From Candidatus Bathyarchaeia archaeon (GTDB lineage Archaea > Thermoproteota > Bathyarchaeia > Bathyarchaeales > Bathycorpusculaceae): a DNA stretch of 44,988 bases. This document shows positions 20,537-30,094 of this stretch, piece after piece. Within the stretch, counting starts at the first letter, position 1, and every line of letters begins with the position of its first letter. The position numbers and the translations under genes were made by a program. The stretch is from NCBI GenBank assembly GCA_050010515.1, contig JBEKKX010000020.1, positions 1 through 44,988 of the forward strand. The letters are read 5' to 3'. Below the pieces are notes generated by a model. That model had not been told where the DNA came from. It did not search any database and saw nothing but the letters and a program-made list of their open reading frames with translations.

Positions 20537-21616
20537 ATGGTGATTGAACAATATACAATTACTGAGAAATATAACTTTCCACAACCAACCATAGACACAA
20601 CACTCCCACAGCGCTTCCTAGAACAAAGCCTCTACTCGCTCAAGCAAGCGCAACACCAACCCTTCCAGCTAAACCCACAAACCTTTCAACAACTAAACAC
20701 AACCGAGCAATACCCCTCCAGCATACAGCTCAAACCAGAACCAATCCCCATAAAACCAGACCACCAAGAAACCTTAATCGCCGCCGTAGATACCTCAACC
20801 ATAAAAATCGGCGAAACAGCCACCGGCATGATAATTGCCGTCCGAGGAGCAACCACATGGAAACAAAACCGAGCATACAAGTACACGCGCCTCGGGCCAT
20901 TCATATTCCACATAACAGAAGAAAACAAAAACGCCGTTTACAACACGCTTGAACACGCTTACTTCAGCACCAGCTACGGAGCCAGCCACCAAGCGGCACC
21001 AAACATCATGCAAATGCCCACGCGTCTCGCAAGCCTGCTGGAGCGATGGCTGCAAACAATGCTCGCCAAAACCGTAAACCACGGCATTATCCTCTTTGAC
21101 GGCTCCTTAATTTCAGGCACCATAGATACGCCGGTCCAGCGTCTCAGGGAAATTCTAAGTTACGCGAGAAGAAACAACAGCACCGTACTTGCCTTCTCTA
21201 AAGCTACAACGCTTAGAGCTAACGGTATCCTGATAACCGAGCAGCTTCCAAATCATGACCCGCCATATCTGCTTGAAACCACAGGGATACACTTCAAATC
21301 GCCAATAGTACTGCTAGGCGACGTTTACGTGGCACGACTCAACAAGGCAAATCTCGCTTTCCGCTTAGATATTGATAAAGAAACGCCTGTAGAGCAGAGA
21401 ATGGCTGCCATACAGAAACTAATCGGCAACGACCTGTACACTCAAAGCTACCCCGAAACCTTGCGGCTCTCGCATATCCTCTGTACCTTCACCGCCAACG
21501 AAGTCTTAGCCATCAAACACTTCATAACCCGCAAGCACGGCATACAAATAATCAACCGCCCAGACATGCACAAACTGCTTTTCGGGCCATTCAGCAAGGG
21601 GGAAATCTACGCATGA
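20537..21616 (+). CDS. nurA: NurA-domain nuclease
   Basis: IAAVDTS, IILFDGSL, LAFSK, YPETLRLSH motifs; coupled to herA. Confidence 0.85.
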   Translation: MVIEQYTITEKYNFPQPTIDTTLPQRFLEQSLYSLKQAQHQPFQLNPQTFQQLNTTEQYPSSIQLKPEPIPIKPDHQETLIAAVDTSTIKIGETATGMIIAVRGATTWKQNRAYKYTRLGPFIFHITEENKNAVYNTLEHAYFSTSYGASHQAAPNIMQMPTRLASLLERWLQTMLAKTVNHGIILFDGSLISGTIDTPVQRLREILSYARRNNSTVLAFSKATTLRANGILITEQLPNHDPPYLLETTGIHFKSPIVLLGDVYVARLNKANLAFRLDIDKETPVEQRMAAIQKLIGNDLYTQSYPETLRLSHILCTFTANEVLAIKHFITRKHGIQIINRPDMHKLLFGPFSKGEIYA

Positions 21617-23073
21617 AACTCTACAAAAAAGAGGGCAACATCCTGCAAATCATTAGTTTCCCAACCGAAAGCGTCGAAAAAGGCGACTACCTACTAGTCG
21701 AAGACCAAGACGCCGCTAAAGCCTTAATCGCACAAGTCATCGACGTACAATTCGCAGTCGTCCCCGGCGTACTTGAGGAGCTTTTGCGAACGCTTCCAGA
21801 CGGAGGCGAACCTCTCCAAGGCGAAGACATCGATCCCATGGAAATCGCCCCCCACATCACTTACATTCAAGACGCCAGCCTCCTAATCTGCAAGATAAGA
21901 GCAACCTTGGAAAACGAAATGCTGAGCCCAAGCAGCAGTTGGCTTCCCAGCCGTTCCCAATCCACAATCAAAAAATTATCCATTCCAATGCTTATGAAGC
22001 TGGCAAAAATCGACGGTAAACTTCCCATAATTTTGGGCGGCACCAAAGACTCCTCCCTCTTAACGATTGACGCTTCAGCAATAGATGGAACGTTAAACAT
22101 TATAACGGGCAAGAAGGGCTGCGGCAAATCCCATTTATCTAAGCTCCTGATGGTTAACCTCGTCGGTTATAGGGCAACCGTCGTCATCTTCGACTTAAAC
22201 GGCGAATACACGAGTCTAGGCATGAGTAATGATGGCAAAAGAAACATGTACTATGACAAAATCCACACTTTAACCCCAGGGCAGAACTTCAAAGTAGCCC
22301 TTGAACAGCTTCACCTAAACACCGTAATGGGCATACTAGTAAACGCACTGCACCTGCCTGGGACTTCAGCGCGTGAATTCCGTCGGATATGGAAGATGCT
22401 TAAAGAAAAAGGAAAATTAAACATGCAAGAGCTGGGCGAGGCGATTCGCGATTTAAACTGCAACCAGCATGTCCGCGACGCGTTAGCTTCACGCTTCCAC
22501 TCCCTTGCTAACTCAGGCTTCTTCACCGACTGCCCAGGCGAGGCAACGCTGCTGGATGAGAGCATCTTGAAAGCTAAGGACCAAGGCGGCGCCATCGTTA
22601 TAAACCTGAAAAACACCTCGAACATCGACCGCCAAATCGTAGTCGAATACGCTCTTGGAAAACTCGTTGATTCCTTGTCGAATTGGAAGCTGAAAGCAAT
22701 TTTTCTCTTCGCTGAAGAAGCACATCTCTATTTGCGTGAAACTTACTGGGATGACATCGTAACGCGCATGCGGCACTTCGGCATTTTCACCACGTTCATC
22801 ACAAACCAGCCTGATACGATACAAGAAACCATTTATCGCCAAGCCGACAACATTTTCCTCTTCAACTTCACCAACGAACACGACCTAGATGTTGTTAGCC
22901 GAGCCGCCCGCGTGGATGCAGAAACAGTGCGCTCAATCGCCCGCGACCTGCCGCCCCACCACTGCCTCACACTTGGCAAAGTCGTAGGCGACTTCCCCAT
23001 AGTAGCACGCGTAAGAGCTTTAGACATCAAAACGATGGGGGAGACAAGACTGTTCTTTAAAGATATGAACTAA
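21613..23073 (+). CDS. herA: HerA/FtsK-family ATPase
   Basis: N-terminal HAS-barrel-like region, GKKGCGKS, FDLNGEY, AEEAH, RMRHFG, TNQP. Confidence 0.9.
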   Translation: MKLYKKEGNILQIISFPTESVEKGDYLLVEDQDAAKALIAQVIDVQFAVVPGVLEELLRTLPDGGEPLQGEDIDPMEIAPHITYIQDASLLICKIRATLENEMLSPSSSWLPSRSQSTIKKLSIPMLMKLAKIDGKLPIILGGTKDSSLLTIDASAIDGTLNIITGKKGCGKSHLSKLLMVNLVGYRATVVIFDLNGEYTSLGMSNDGKRNMYYDKIHTLTPGQNFKVALEQLHLNTVMGILVNALHLPGTSAREFRRIWKMLKEKGKLNMQELGEAIRDLNCNQHVRDALASRFHSLANSGFFTDCPGEATLLDESILKAKDQGGAIVINLKNTSNIDRQIVVEYALGKLVDSLSNWKLKAIFLFAEEAHLYLRETYWDDIVTRMRHFGIFTTFITNQPDTIQETIYRQADNIFLFNFTNEHDLDVVSRAARVDAETVRSIARDLPPHHCLTLGKVVGDFPIVARVRALDIKTMGETRLFFKDMN

Positions 23074-23433
23074 ATTGAACGGGTAAGATGGATGGGTACT
23101 TTTGGTTTGTGCACAATAAAGCCTTTTTCACCTGTTATTGTGTAGGTGGAGACAAAATTTTCAGCACACGACAGAGTACGAATGCACATTTTAGCTATGA
23201 GAACTACATGTAAATTGCTGGCTCCGATGGGGTCAGTCAACTATTCAAACAAGTTTGCTGTTCTAATTCCAATGTGTGTTGAGGTGCAGTCTGGTTTTCC
23301 GTAAGTGACGTTTCCAACGCTTCAAACATTGAATAGCCTCCTAAACCTCACAGAAAAATTAATTATGCTATGGGAATAATAAGAACAAAGAATGTGAAAC
23401 GGAATTATAAGGTTAAAAATTAAGATTGGATTA

Positions 23434-23779
23434 TTATAGGAAGATGACTTTGTTGCAAATTTCTTCTTGGCGTGTAGTTTCAGCTATCACTTTAAGTTTC
23501 TTTATACATTCACCTATTGACAGTTTTCGCTGACGCACATAAACTATGCCAAAATGGTTCTTGTTAGCTGCTATTCTAAGGAAATCTGCATCATGGGTGA
23601 AAATTACTGCTTTATTCCGGATTGCGTTTTCTAACTGTTCTTCATCGGTCACTCCTAACTTGCCCAGGTCTTTAGCGGAGAACGCGATTATTCCTCTTCT
23701 TTTGAGCCCTTCTGCGACTGCGACGTTGACGCTTTCATCAACGTAAATCCTTAGGCTTCTCGTAGGGATGATTAGTCAT
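23434..23779 (-). pseudogene. DUF5615 PIN-like toxin with a +1 frameshift near 23750
   Basis: ATG overlapping the DUF433 end gives MTNHPYEKPK; one extra base precedes IYVDESV...TDEEQL...THDADF. Confidence 0.8.
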
Positions 23780-24071
23780 CTGCCTTTTGAGTTTGGCGGA
23801 GTTTCTGGACGAATTCCTCGTCTTCTCTTATTTTTTTATCAATTTCAGATCGATGTTCATAATAATATGACAACGCGTCGTGTATTTGTTCCAGTTTTAG
23901 GTGTGGATGAGCGTTAACTATGTCGTCTGGTGTGCAATTCATGTATTCATACTCGATGGCTATGTCCACTATTCTTATGCGCGTACCCACTATTACTGGA
24001 GAGCCGTTGCAAACTTTTGGGTTGATTTCAACATAAGGATGTTCGGTTTTGGTTTGCAATTTAACATGCAT
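23772..24071 (-). CDS. DUF433 antitoxin
   Basis: PKVCNGSPVIVGTRIRI...HPHL.LEQIHDALSYY. Confidence 0.92.
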   Translation of the reverse strand: MHVKLQTKTEHPYVEINPKVCNGSPVIVGTRIRIVDIAIEYEYMNCTPDDIVNAHPHLKLEQIHDALSYYYEHRSEIDKKIREDEEFVQKLRQTQKADD

Positions 24072-24147
24072 CCTTTTTACTATTTAGTGATTCTAAAGCA
24101 CCTCTTAACTTTTGTCGTGAAAAAAAATCCAATAAACCATTCAAGCC

Positions 24148-24420
24148 ATGAACCATACTAATCATGGAAAAAATCGCGCTGCTGAGAGAGGCATAAGTGA
24201 AAATGTAATTTTGGATGCCATATTGGAGCCTTCTCTTTCTTTTTACGATTTGTCTTCAGCTGCTTACGTCGCTTTCAAGAAACTTAATGGAAAACATCTG
24301 CTTGTAGTTTATGCGTGTGAAGAGGATCAGGAAAGGGTTATAACAACTTTTATAACATCATCTGCTCAAGAAATAATTGAATCTAAACTCAAAAGTAACG
24401 TCTGGGCGAAAATCAAATAA
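24148..24420 (+). CDS. DUF4258 (RelE/BrnT-like) putative toxin
   Basis: TNHG..R..ERGISE...LLVVY...VITTF. Confidence 0.8.
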   Translation: MNHTNHGKNRAAERGISENVILDAILEPSLSFYDLSSAAYVAFKKLNGKHLLVVYACEEDQERVITTFITSSAQEIIESKLKSNVWAKIK

Positions 24421-24638
24421 AAGTCGAATACGACCGAAGTGCTGATATTCTATATATCAAGCTGAAGAAAACAAAAATTATAGACACACGTATGCTAGGC
24501 GAAGACATTTATGTCGATGTTGACAAAGACGATAACTTTGTTGGCATAGAAATCTGGAAAGCCTCCCAAAACGCGATACAACCAATTTCCAAAGACATCG
24601 CCCAAGAAGTAAAAGCAACCTTAGAAAAATACGCTTGA
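24417..24638 (+). CDS. DUF2283 putative antitoxin with ATA in place of the ATG start
   Basis: (I)KVEYDRSADILYIKL...IYVDVDKDDNFVGIEIW; missed by the ORF track. Confidence 0.8.
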   Translation: MKVEYDRSADILYIKLKKTKIIDTRMLGEDIYVDVDKDDNFVGIEIWKASQNAIQPISKDIAQEVKATLEKYA

Positions 24639-24736
24639 CTAAATGCCCCTTTCGACTTGGCTCAGCAACGTTTTTTCGATTATTTTTCTCTCTGCCGCCG
24701 TCCTTAGGAGTTCGAGTGAGAAAATTTAATGGCAGA

Positions 24737-24865
24737 CTAAATTTTGTTCTAGTTGTTTTGGGTTGGTTTTTGGTTTGTGGTTTGAATTGTTTGCAGGTTG
24801 AGTCTGTAATAGTCAATAATTCTATAATAGTCCATAAAAGTCAAGAGGGGTCACAGAAGCTATAA
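24737..24865 (+). repeat. Leader + 10-bp tandem array element, copy 3 (unit ~AGTCAATAAT, degenerate)
   Basis: TTTTGTTCTAGTTGTTTTGGGTTG...TTGAATTGTTTGCAGGTTG then AGTC-initiated units from 24801. Confidence 0.85.
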
Positions 24866-24892
24866 AGTGGCTAACTGTAAGAGGAGTACTTT

Positions 24893-25038
24893 TTGTGGCT
24901 TTGTAAGTACTTTGAACACGAAATGATGAAGATCTGTCTGTTTGTGGAAAATGTGGTACTTTGAGATTCGACGAAATAGGTGATTCTGGCGATAATAAGG
25001 ATTCCGAGGACCTATTTTTTGACGATGAAAACTTGTAG
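24893..25038 (+). pseudogene. RanBP2-type zinc-finger mini-protein with a frameshift
   Basis: GAGGAG, TTG, WLCKYFEHE / NDEDLSVCGKCGTLR + acidic tail; adding one base near 24922 gives W-x-C-x2-(C>F)-x3-N-x6-C-x2-C. Confidence 0.6.
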
Positions 25039-25116
25039 ATATTCAAAATAAGCCGTAAAAACACCTTGGATAATCGCCCGTTGGCGCCAAAGCCAAAGTG
25101 ATCGGAGCGCGATGCC

Positions 25117-25944
25117 CTAGTTTGTTTTCTCTGCAGATACTTTTACGCTTACCACCGAGTTTGCTGCTTCCTTTACTTCTTCTAGCGACATATCCAAACT
25201 CTTGACGATTTCTTGGGTTGCGGATTCGCTTATGATGTATTCGAGCGGATACGTCTTTTCTTCAATAATTTTTACTTCTTGGAAGCCTGCTTTTCGTATC
25301 AGTTCAATGTATTTGTCTTTGATTTCTGCTCCTGAGATGCATCCGGCGTAGGCTTCAACGTTTTTGCGTACGGATTCGGGCAGCTCCCTCAAGAGAACTA
25401 TGTCCGAAACAATCAATCGCCCCTTGGGAGATAGGACTCTGAAGGCTTCTTCAAAAACCCGCTTCTTGTTTGGCGAGAGATTGATTACGCAGTTTGAGAT
25501 TATGACATCAACTGAGTTATCTGCGGCTGGAAGGTTCTCGATTTCTCCAAGTCTGAATTCGACGTTTGTGTATTTTCCTTTTCTCGCGTTCGCTCTTGCC
25601 TTGTCAATCATTTCAGGAGTCATGTCTACTCCTATCACTTTGCCCCTCTTGCCCACTTTGTTGGCGGCTAAGAAGCAGTCAAAGCCTGCCCCTGCACCTA
25701 GGTCAAGAACTGTCTCGCCTTCTTTCAGCGACGCCATAGCAGTTGGATTGCCACAGCCAAGACCCAGATTTGCCCCCTCAGGAACGGCAGTCATCTCATC
25801 TTCACTGTAACCTATCATACTGCTCACTTCCTTACTGGTTGGAGCCGAGCAACAGCTAATAGGCGAGGCGCAACAAGAGCCGCTGGTTTTGGCGACTTTG
25901 GCGTATCGGTTTCTAACGAGTTTCTTAATTTTTTCTTCTTTCAT
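25117..25944 (-). CDS. arsM: Arsenite S-adenosylmethyltransferase
   Basis: N-terminal CC pairs, GLGCGNP, LDLGAGAGFD, ISNCVINL, GCISGA. Confidence 0.95.
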   Translation of the reverse strand: MKEEKIKKLVRNRYAKVAKTSGSCCASPISCCSAPTSKEVSSMIGYSEDEMTAVPEGANLGLGCGNPTAMASLKEGETVLDLGAGAGFDCFLAANKVGKRGKVIGVDMTPEMIDKARANARKGKYTNVEFRLGEIENLPAADNSVDVIISNCVINLSPNKKRVFEEAFRVLSPKGRLIVSDIVLLRELPESVRKNVEAYAGCISGAEIKDKYIELIRKAGFQEVKIIEEKTYPLEYIISESATQEIVKSLDMSLEEVKEAANSVVSVKVSAEKTN

Positions 25945-26093
25945 AAAATCAAATCTCCTTTTTTAATCACACATTTAAAGTGCGCACGCAGGTTTTCCGC
26001 TTCCGCTTTAAGATCAGATGCGTATGCAAAGCATCTGTTGCAATCCTTTTTGGCAGTTTTCGTAACTGTTTTGTCTGTCTCCAAATCGTCCAT
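25941..26093 (-). CDS. Possible 50-aa Cys-containing peptide between arsR and arsM
   Basis: MDDLETDKTVTKTAKKDCNRCFAY...; starts just after the arsR stop and its stop overlaps the arsM ATG. Confidence 0.4.
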   Translation of the reverse strand: MDDLETDKTVTKTAKKDCNRCFAYASDLKAEAENLRAHFKCVIKKGDLIL

Positions 26094-26099
26094 CTTCTT

Positions 26100-26429
26100 C
26101 TAGCTGCATGTCATATGCTCAAAAACCTCTTTCGTAAGAGCATCCACAAGTTCTGACGTTAAGCCATCGGCAACATCGTAAATTCTTTGGTCAACAATCG
26201 AGTACATTCGTTTGGTTCCATCCTTTCTGCACCTTACTATTCCGGCGTCTTTGAGGATTTTTAAGTGGCGCGAAACTAGCGGTTGAATGAGGTTTAAATG
26301 CGGAACGATTTCGCATACACACTTTTCGCCGTCTCGCAAAAATGAAAGTATCTCAAGTCTGATCGGATCGGAGAGCGCATGGAAAACTATTGATTTGAAT
26401 CGATTCTGATTTTCCACTTTTGCGGACAT
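26100..26429 (-). CDS. arsR: ArsR/SmtB family metalloregulator
   Basis: FHALSDPIRLEIL, EKCVCEI, QPLVSRHLKIL. Confidence 0.93.
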   Translation of the reverse strand: MSAKVENQNRFKSIVFHALSDPIRLEILSFLRDGEKCVCEIVPHLNLIQPLVSRHLKILKDAGIVRCRKDGTKRMYSIVDQRIYDVADGLTSELVDALTKEVFEHMTCS

Positions 26430-26511
26430 GATTTACTTTAAAGTCAATAACAATATTTAAAAGTTGCTATGGATGTGAATTTATATAACAAGCATGTAAG
26501 GCAGCAAAAAG

Positions 26512-26814
26512 ATGTCTGAAGAAACTTGGCACGGAATTCCCCGAAGCAATATACTCTGGTTTCCAATGATAGACTATGAAAAATGCGTAAGCTGCGGAAA
26601 ATGCGTGGATTATTGCAAGCTTGGTACCTATACATTGGAAGAAAAGGAAGGAAAAAAGAGACCAGTAGTCAAAAACCCTTACAATTGCGTGGTTCTATGC
26701 AATGGATGCGATGCCATATGCCCCGCTGGCGCCATAACACACCCATCGAAAAAAGAAACAAGAGAGCTAATTCGAGAAATGAGAAAATCCCAAACCAGCA
26801 ATAAACAAAAATGA
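26512..26814 (+). CDS. 4Fe-4S dicluster ferredoxin
   Basis: CVSCGKCVDYC and CVVLCNGCDAICP. Confidence 0.9.
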   Translation: MSEETWHGIPRSNILWFPMIDYEKCVSCGKCVDYCKLGTYTLEEKEGKKRPVVKNPYNCVVLCNGCDAICPAGAITHPSKKETRELIREMRKSQTSNKQK

Positions 26815-27158
26815 AAAAGGTCAAACTCATGAATGAGGGTCACGTAAGAGTTAGAAGCTGGGAAGAATTCAAACGCTTAGTCAGCGAAAAGAAACCAAGC
26901 TCAATCGTTTATATTCTTGAGCAAAACGGCTTTTCTCCCAACAAGGAACTAACGACATTAAGAATTATAATGCTTCATGAAAGGCGCTACTATATCTTTC
27001 TTGACTTTCCCAAAGGCGAAAGGCTGAGAGAAACAGGAATTCCCTTGCACAAAGATAAAAAGGGTATTTTTAATTTGGATGAAGACGAAGTCAAGGTCAT
27101 CTTGAAGAAGCAGTTTGAGAAAGAGAAGTTAGAAGTTTTTTCTTTCTGGACTGCTTGA
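26811..27158 (+). CDS. Hypothetical protein
   Basis: Coupled to the ferredoxin; plausible composition. Confidence 0.7.
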   Translation: MKKVKLMNEGHVRVRSWEEFKRLVSEKKPSSIVYILEQNGFSPNKELTTLRIIMLHERRYYIFLDFPKGERLRETGIPLHKDKKGIFNLDEDEVKVILKKQFEKEKLEVFSFWTA

Positions 27159-27238
27159 AAAGGTAAAATAACCTATTGCTATAGAGAGTATATCGACGAT
27201 GTTTTTATATTTCAAAAGAATTGTTTGGGATGGGTCTA

Positions 27239-27724
27239 ATGGCTAAAACTAAAGTCTTGTTCTTGTGCACTCATAATTCTGCTCGATCTCAGATAGCTGA
27301 AGGTCTGCTTAGACACCTTTATGGCGATGAGTATGAGGTTTTTAGTGCTGGTACGAATCCTACGCAGGTGAATCCATTGGCCATTAAGGTTATGGATGAG
27401 ATAGGGATAGATATTTCTGGGCAATATTCTAAAAGCCTCGATAATTTCAAAGAAGTCGATATCGACTTGGTTGTATCAGTTTGCCGTAGCAGTTCAAAGA
27501 TAAATTGTGCCATTTGCTCTTCACCGATAGTTATGGGCAGACCTGAATTGATTGCCTCAAAATTACCTAAAGCAAAACATTATTTCCAGCACCCCTTCGA
27601 TGATCCTTCCGAAGTAGAGGGAAGCGAAGAAGAAAGGATTGTGGCCTTCCGTCATACAAGGGATGAAATTAAAGAGTGGATTATCGAGCGGTTTGCTGAT
27701 TTGAAAATTGATAATGAACAATAA
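27239..27724 (+). CDS. arsC: Arsenate reductase (LMW-PTP fold) with a Cys-containing insert
   Basis: CTHNSARSQIAE, SAGT, FDDP, TRDEI. Confidence 0.9.
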   Translation: MAKTKVLFLCTHNSARSQIAEGLLRHLYGDEYEVFSAGTNPTQVNPLAIKVMDEIGIDISGQYSKSLDNFKEVDIDLVVSVCRSSSKINCAICSSPIVMGRPELIASKLPKAKHYFQHPFDDPSEVEGSEEERIVAFRHTRDEIKEWIIERFADLKIDNEQ

Positions 27725-27957
27725 CGATTTTTGTTAATTTAAAGCCGCTTAAGGTTCAGTTAAGCGTTCCTTTTACTGCGTCTGCTCTCAGTCTCAGAAA
27801 ATCCATTGTATCCTCAAAATCCAAACAAGAATTGCCCTTTTTCTCCGGTTCTTTTAGCGAACTGCGCCCTTCCTTAAAACGGGTACAAGTTTTTCTTTCC
27901 CAAAAAGGGTAGTCCAGCAAAGCGGCTCACACTAAGTGAGAGATTAGGAGTAGTTGT

Positions 27958-29217
27958 TTAGTGTTTTCTTTTTCTAAGAATTAGCGCCATGGCAATTATC
28001 ACTACAACAGCGATTATGGCAGCTGCTGGATAGATAATTTCTGCTGGAAAAGACATCGCCGGCTGAGTGCGTGCGCCGAAAGCATACACGTTATGGTCCC
28101 AAGAACCTACGTAAACATAGCCACCAACTATTGCAGGTGAAGAACTGACCCCGCCTCCAGTTGTGTAGTTCCATATTTTTACACCTGTGGCTGCGTCAAA
28201 ACAATATACGTTGTGGTCCCACGATCCCACGTAGATATAGCCGCCTGCAACTGCAGGAGAGGAGTCCACCAAGCCTCCAGTTGTGTAATTCCATATTTTT
28301 GCCCCAGTTGAAGCATCAAGACAATAAACACTATTATTGCCTTCAGATCCTATGTAGATGTAACCATCAGCAACTGCGGGCGAAGAGTCCCCTATCCCTC
28401 CAGTTGCGAAGTTCCACACTTTTATGCCAGTTGAAGCATTAAGACAATAAACGTTGCCGTCTTCGGATCCTATGTAGATGTAACCATTAGCACCTGCGGG
28501 AGAAGACTCCACGAGACCTCCAGTTGTGTAGTTCCATATTTTTGCCCCAGTTGAAGCATCAAGACAATAAACGTTATTGTTTGCAGACCCCACGTAGACG
28601 TAGCCACCGGCAACTGCGGGAGAAGACTCCACGAGACCTCCAGTTGTGTAGTTCCATACTTTTGCGCCAGTTAAAGCGTTAAGGCAATAAATATTGCCGT
28701 CCCAAGACCCTACGTAGACGTAGCCACCAGTAACTGCGGGAGAAGACTCCACAGTATTTCCGGTTGTGAAATTCCACACTTTAGCGCCGGTAGAAGCGTT
28801 AAGGCAATAAATATTGTGGTCATAAGAACCTACGTAAACGTAGCCATTAGCAACTGCGGGTGAAGAGCCTATTGGTCCTTGGGTTGTGTAGTTCCATATT
28901 TTTGTGCTGGTCAAAGCGTTAAGGCAATAAAGATTCCCATCATCAGATGGTATGTAAACGTAGCCATTAGCAACTGCGGGAGAAGAGCCTACGGGTGTTC
29001 GGGTTGTGTAGTTCCATAGTTGAACGGCGGAAGTTGCTGTAGGTGTACTGGTTGAGTAGCCAGTGTGAGTTAAATCATGATGAAACATTGGCCAGTTATC
29101 TGGGGAAGAACTAGCGAAGATAAAACTTGGCTGCATAGGGTAAAACGAAAATAAGATCAGGAATAGGGGAATAAGCATGACAAGCATTCGGTAAGGTTTT
29201 TTCATTACGAGCGCCAT
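27958..29217 (-). CDS. PQQ-binding-like beta-propeller surface protein with C-terminal TM anchor
   Basis: Signal/TM, WPMFHHD, eight ~40-aa SSPAV..GYVYVGS.D...YCL.A.TG repeats, TM + RKRKH. Confidence 0.95.
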   Translation of the reverse strand: MALVMKKPYRMLVMLIPLFLILFSFYPMQPSFIFASSSPDNWPMFHHDLTHTGYSTSTPTATSAVQLWNYTTRTPVGSSPAVANGYVYIPSDDGNLYCLNALTSTKIWNYTTQGPIGSSPAVANGYVYVGSYDHNIYCLNASTGAKVWNFTTGNTVESSPAVTGGYVYVGSWDGNIYCLNALTGAKVWNYTTGGLVESSPAVAGGYVYVGSANNNVYCLDASTGAKIWNYTTGGLVESSPAGANGYIYIGSEDGNVYCLNASTGIKVWNFATGGIGDSSPAVADGYIYIGSEGNNSVYCLDASTGAKIWNYTTGGLVDSSPAVAGGYIYVGSWDHNVYCFDAATGVKIWNYTTGGGVSSSPAIVGGYVYVGSWDHNVYAFGARTQPAMSFPAEIIYPAAAIIAVVVIIAMALILRKRKH

Positions 29218-29404
29218 CCTAAAAACATTGATCCTATATTGGTATATTTAAATATTGATATATTTATGTTCTTCGAATTGTGAAGTTGTCGGCTAATTCT
29301 GATTTGAGCATCTTCCAAAGTTAGATCTCCTCTGGAAAGACATAGTTGGGTAAAGTACCTCTTTTAATTTTAGAGAAAATGGGTTTTCAACTCCGTTTTT
29401 GTAG

Positions 29405-29655
29405 ATGTACACCAACTTCGTGAGATTTCCAATGACCTTCCTTTCAGGAACTTTCATCGCTTTAGGGACTTATCCTTTTCAGTTGGAGTCGTCGCCCGTT
29501 TTCTCCCACTTACATGCTCTATTGAAGCCCTGAGGAGCTGCATTTTCAATTCAGCAGTTACTGGCATTTACGCTATTGATGTAGCTGCGTTATCGTTGTT
29601 CACTCTTGTTTTTCTAGCAGGCGCTACTGCAATTCTCAAAAAAAGAATCGCCTGA
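29405..29655 (+). pseudogene. ABC-2 permease C-terminal fragment
   Basis: NFVRFPMTFLSGTF / frameshift / ARFLPLTCSIEALR...ILKKRIA*. Confidence 0.7.
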
Positions 29656-29775
29656 CTCCGGCCTAACATGTTGCAAAAGAAACCATAGCTAACTATAGAC
29701 CAAAGGGTTCAAACGCGGGTTCAAATCCCAAATCCACTTCAACATCAATTACATTTGTACTTGAGAGAAACAGTT

Positions 29776-30035
29776 AGGCTTCAAGAAACTGCTGTGCCCC
29801 TGCCGTAACATGGAGAGGGTGAAGAAGACTTGGAGCTGATCGACAATCTTCTCCAAAAGGATGGGTCCAAGAAAGATGCAACTTAAGGAATTCAGAGTTC
29901 AAGGCAAAGATTGCGATTGCTGGGATGAACGCTGAAAAAACATGCACAACCATTTTTCGCCCAAAAGGGTAACCATCCAATCGGGCTTTTGCGGGGTCAC
30001 TCGTCTGGGTGCGGCTTGAAAAATTCCAAGAATTT
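29776..30035 (+). pseudogene. Possible heavily degraded arsC paralog
   Basis: Fragments LGAD...PK, AEKTCTTIF and GS....RLEKFQE occur in the same order as in ArsC 30095. Confidence 0.35.
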
Positions 30036-30094
30036 ATTTCTCAGAAACCAATTAAAGCACGTCCGCCAATACTGAAGTGATGTTGTGATCAGAC

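Noticed and set aside
23237-23329. 30-codon minus-strand ORF with AGGAGG (MFEALETS…)
   Set aside because: Too short and has no motif; cannot be supported
24478-24865. ORFs 24478-24816 (-) and 24635-24865 (+)
   Set aside because: They overlap the DUF2283 gene and repeat copy 3; likely spurious
3624-26429. Genome-wide TAG recoding
   Set aside because: Several genes (helicase end, permease 15393, arsM, arsR) end in TAG at plausible C-termini
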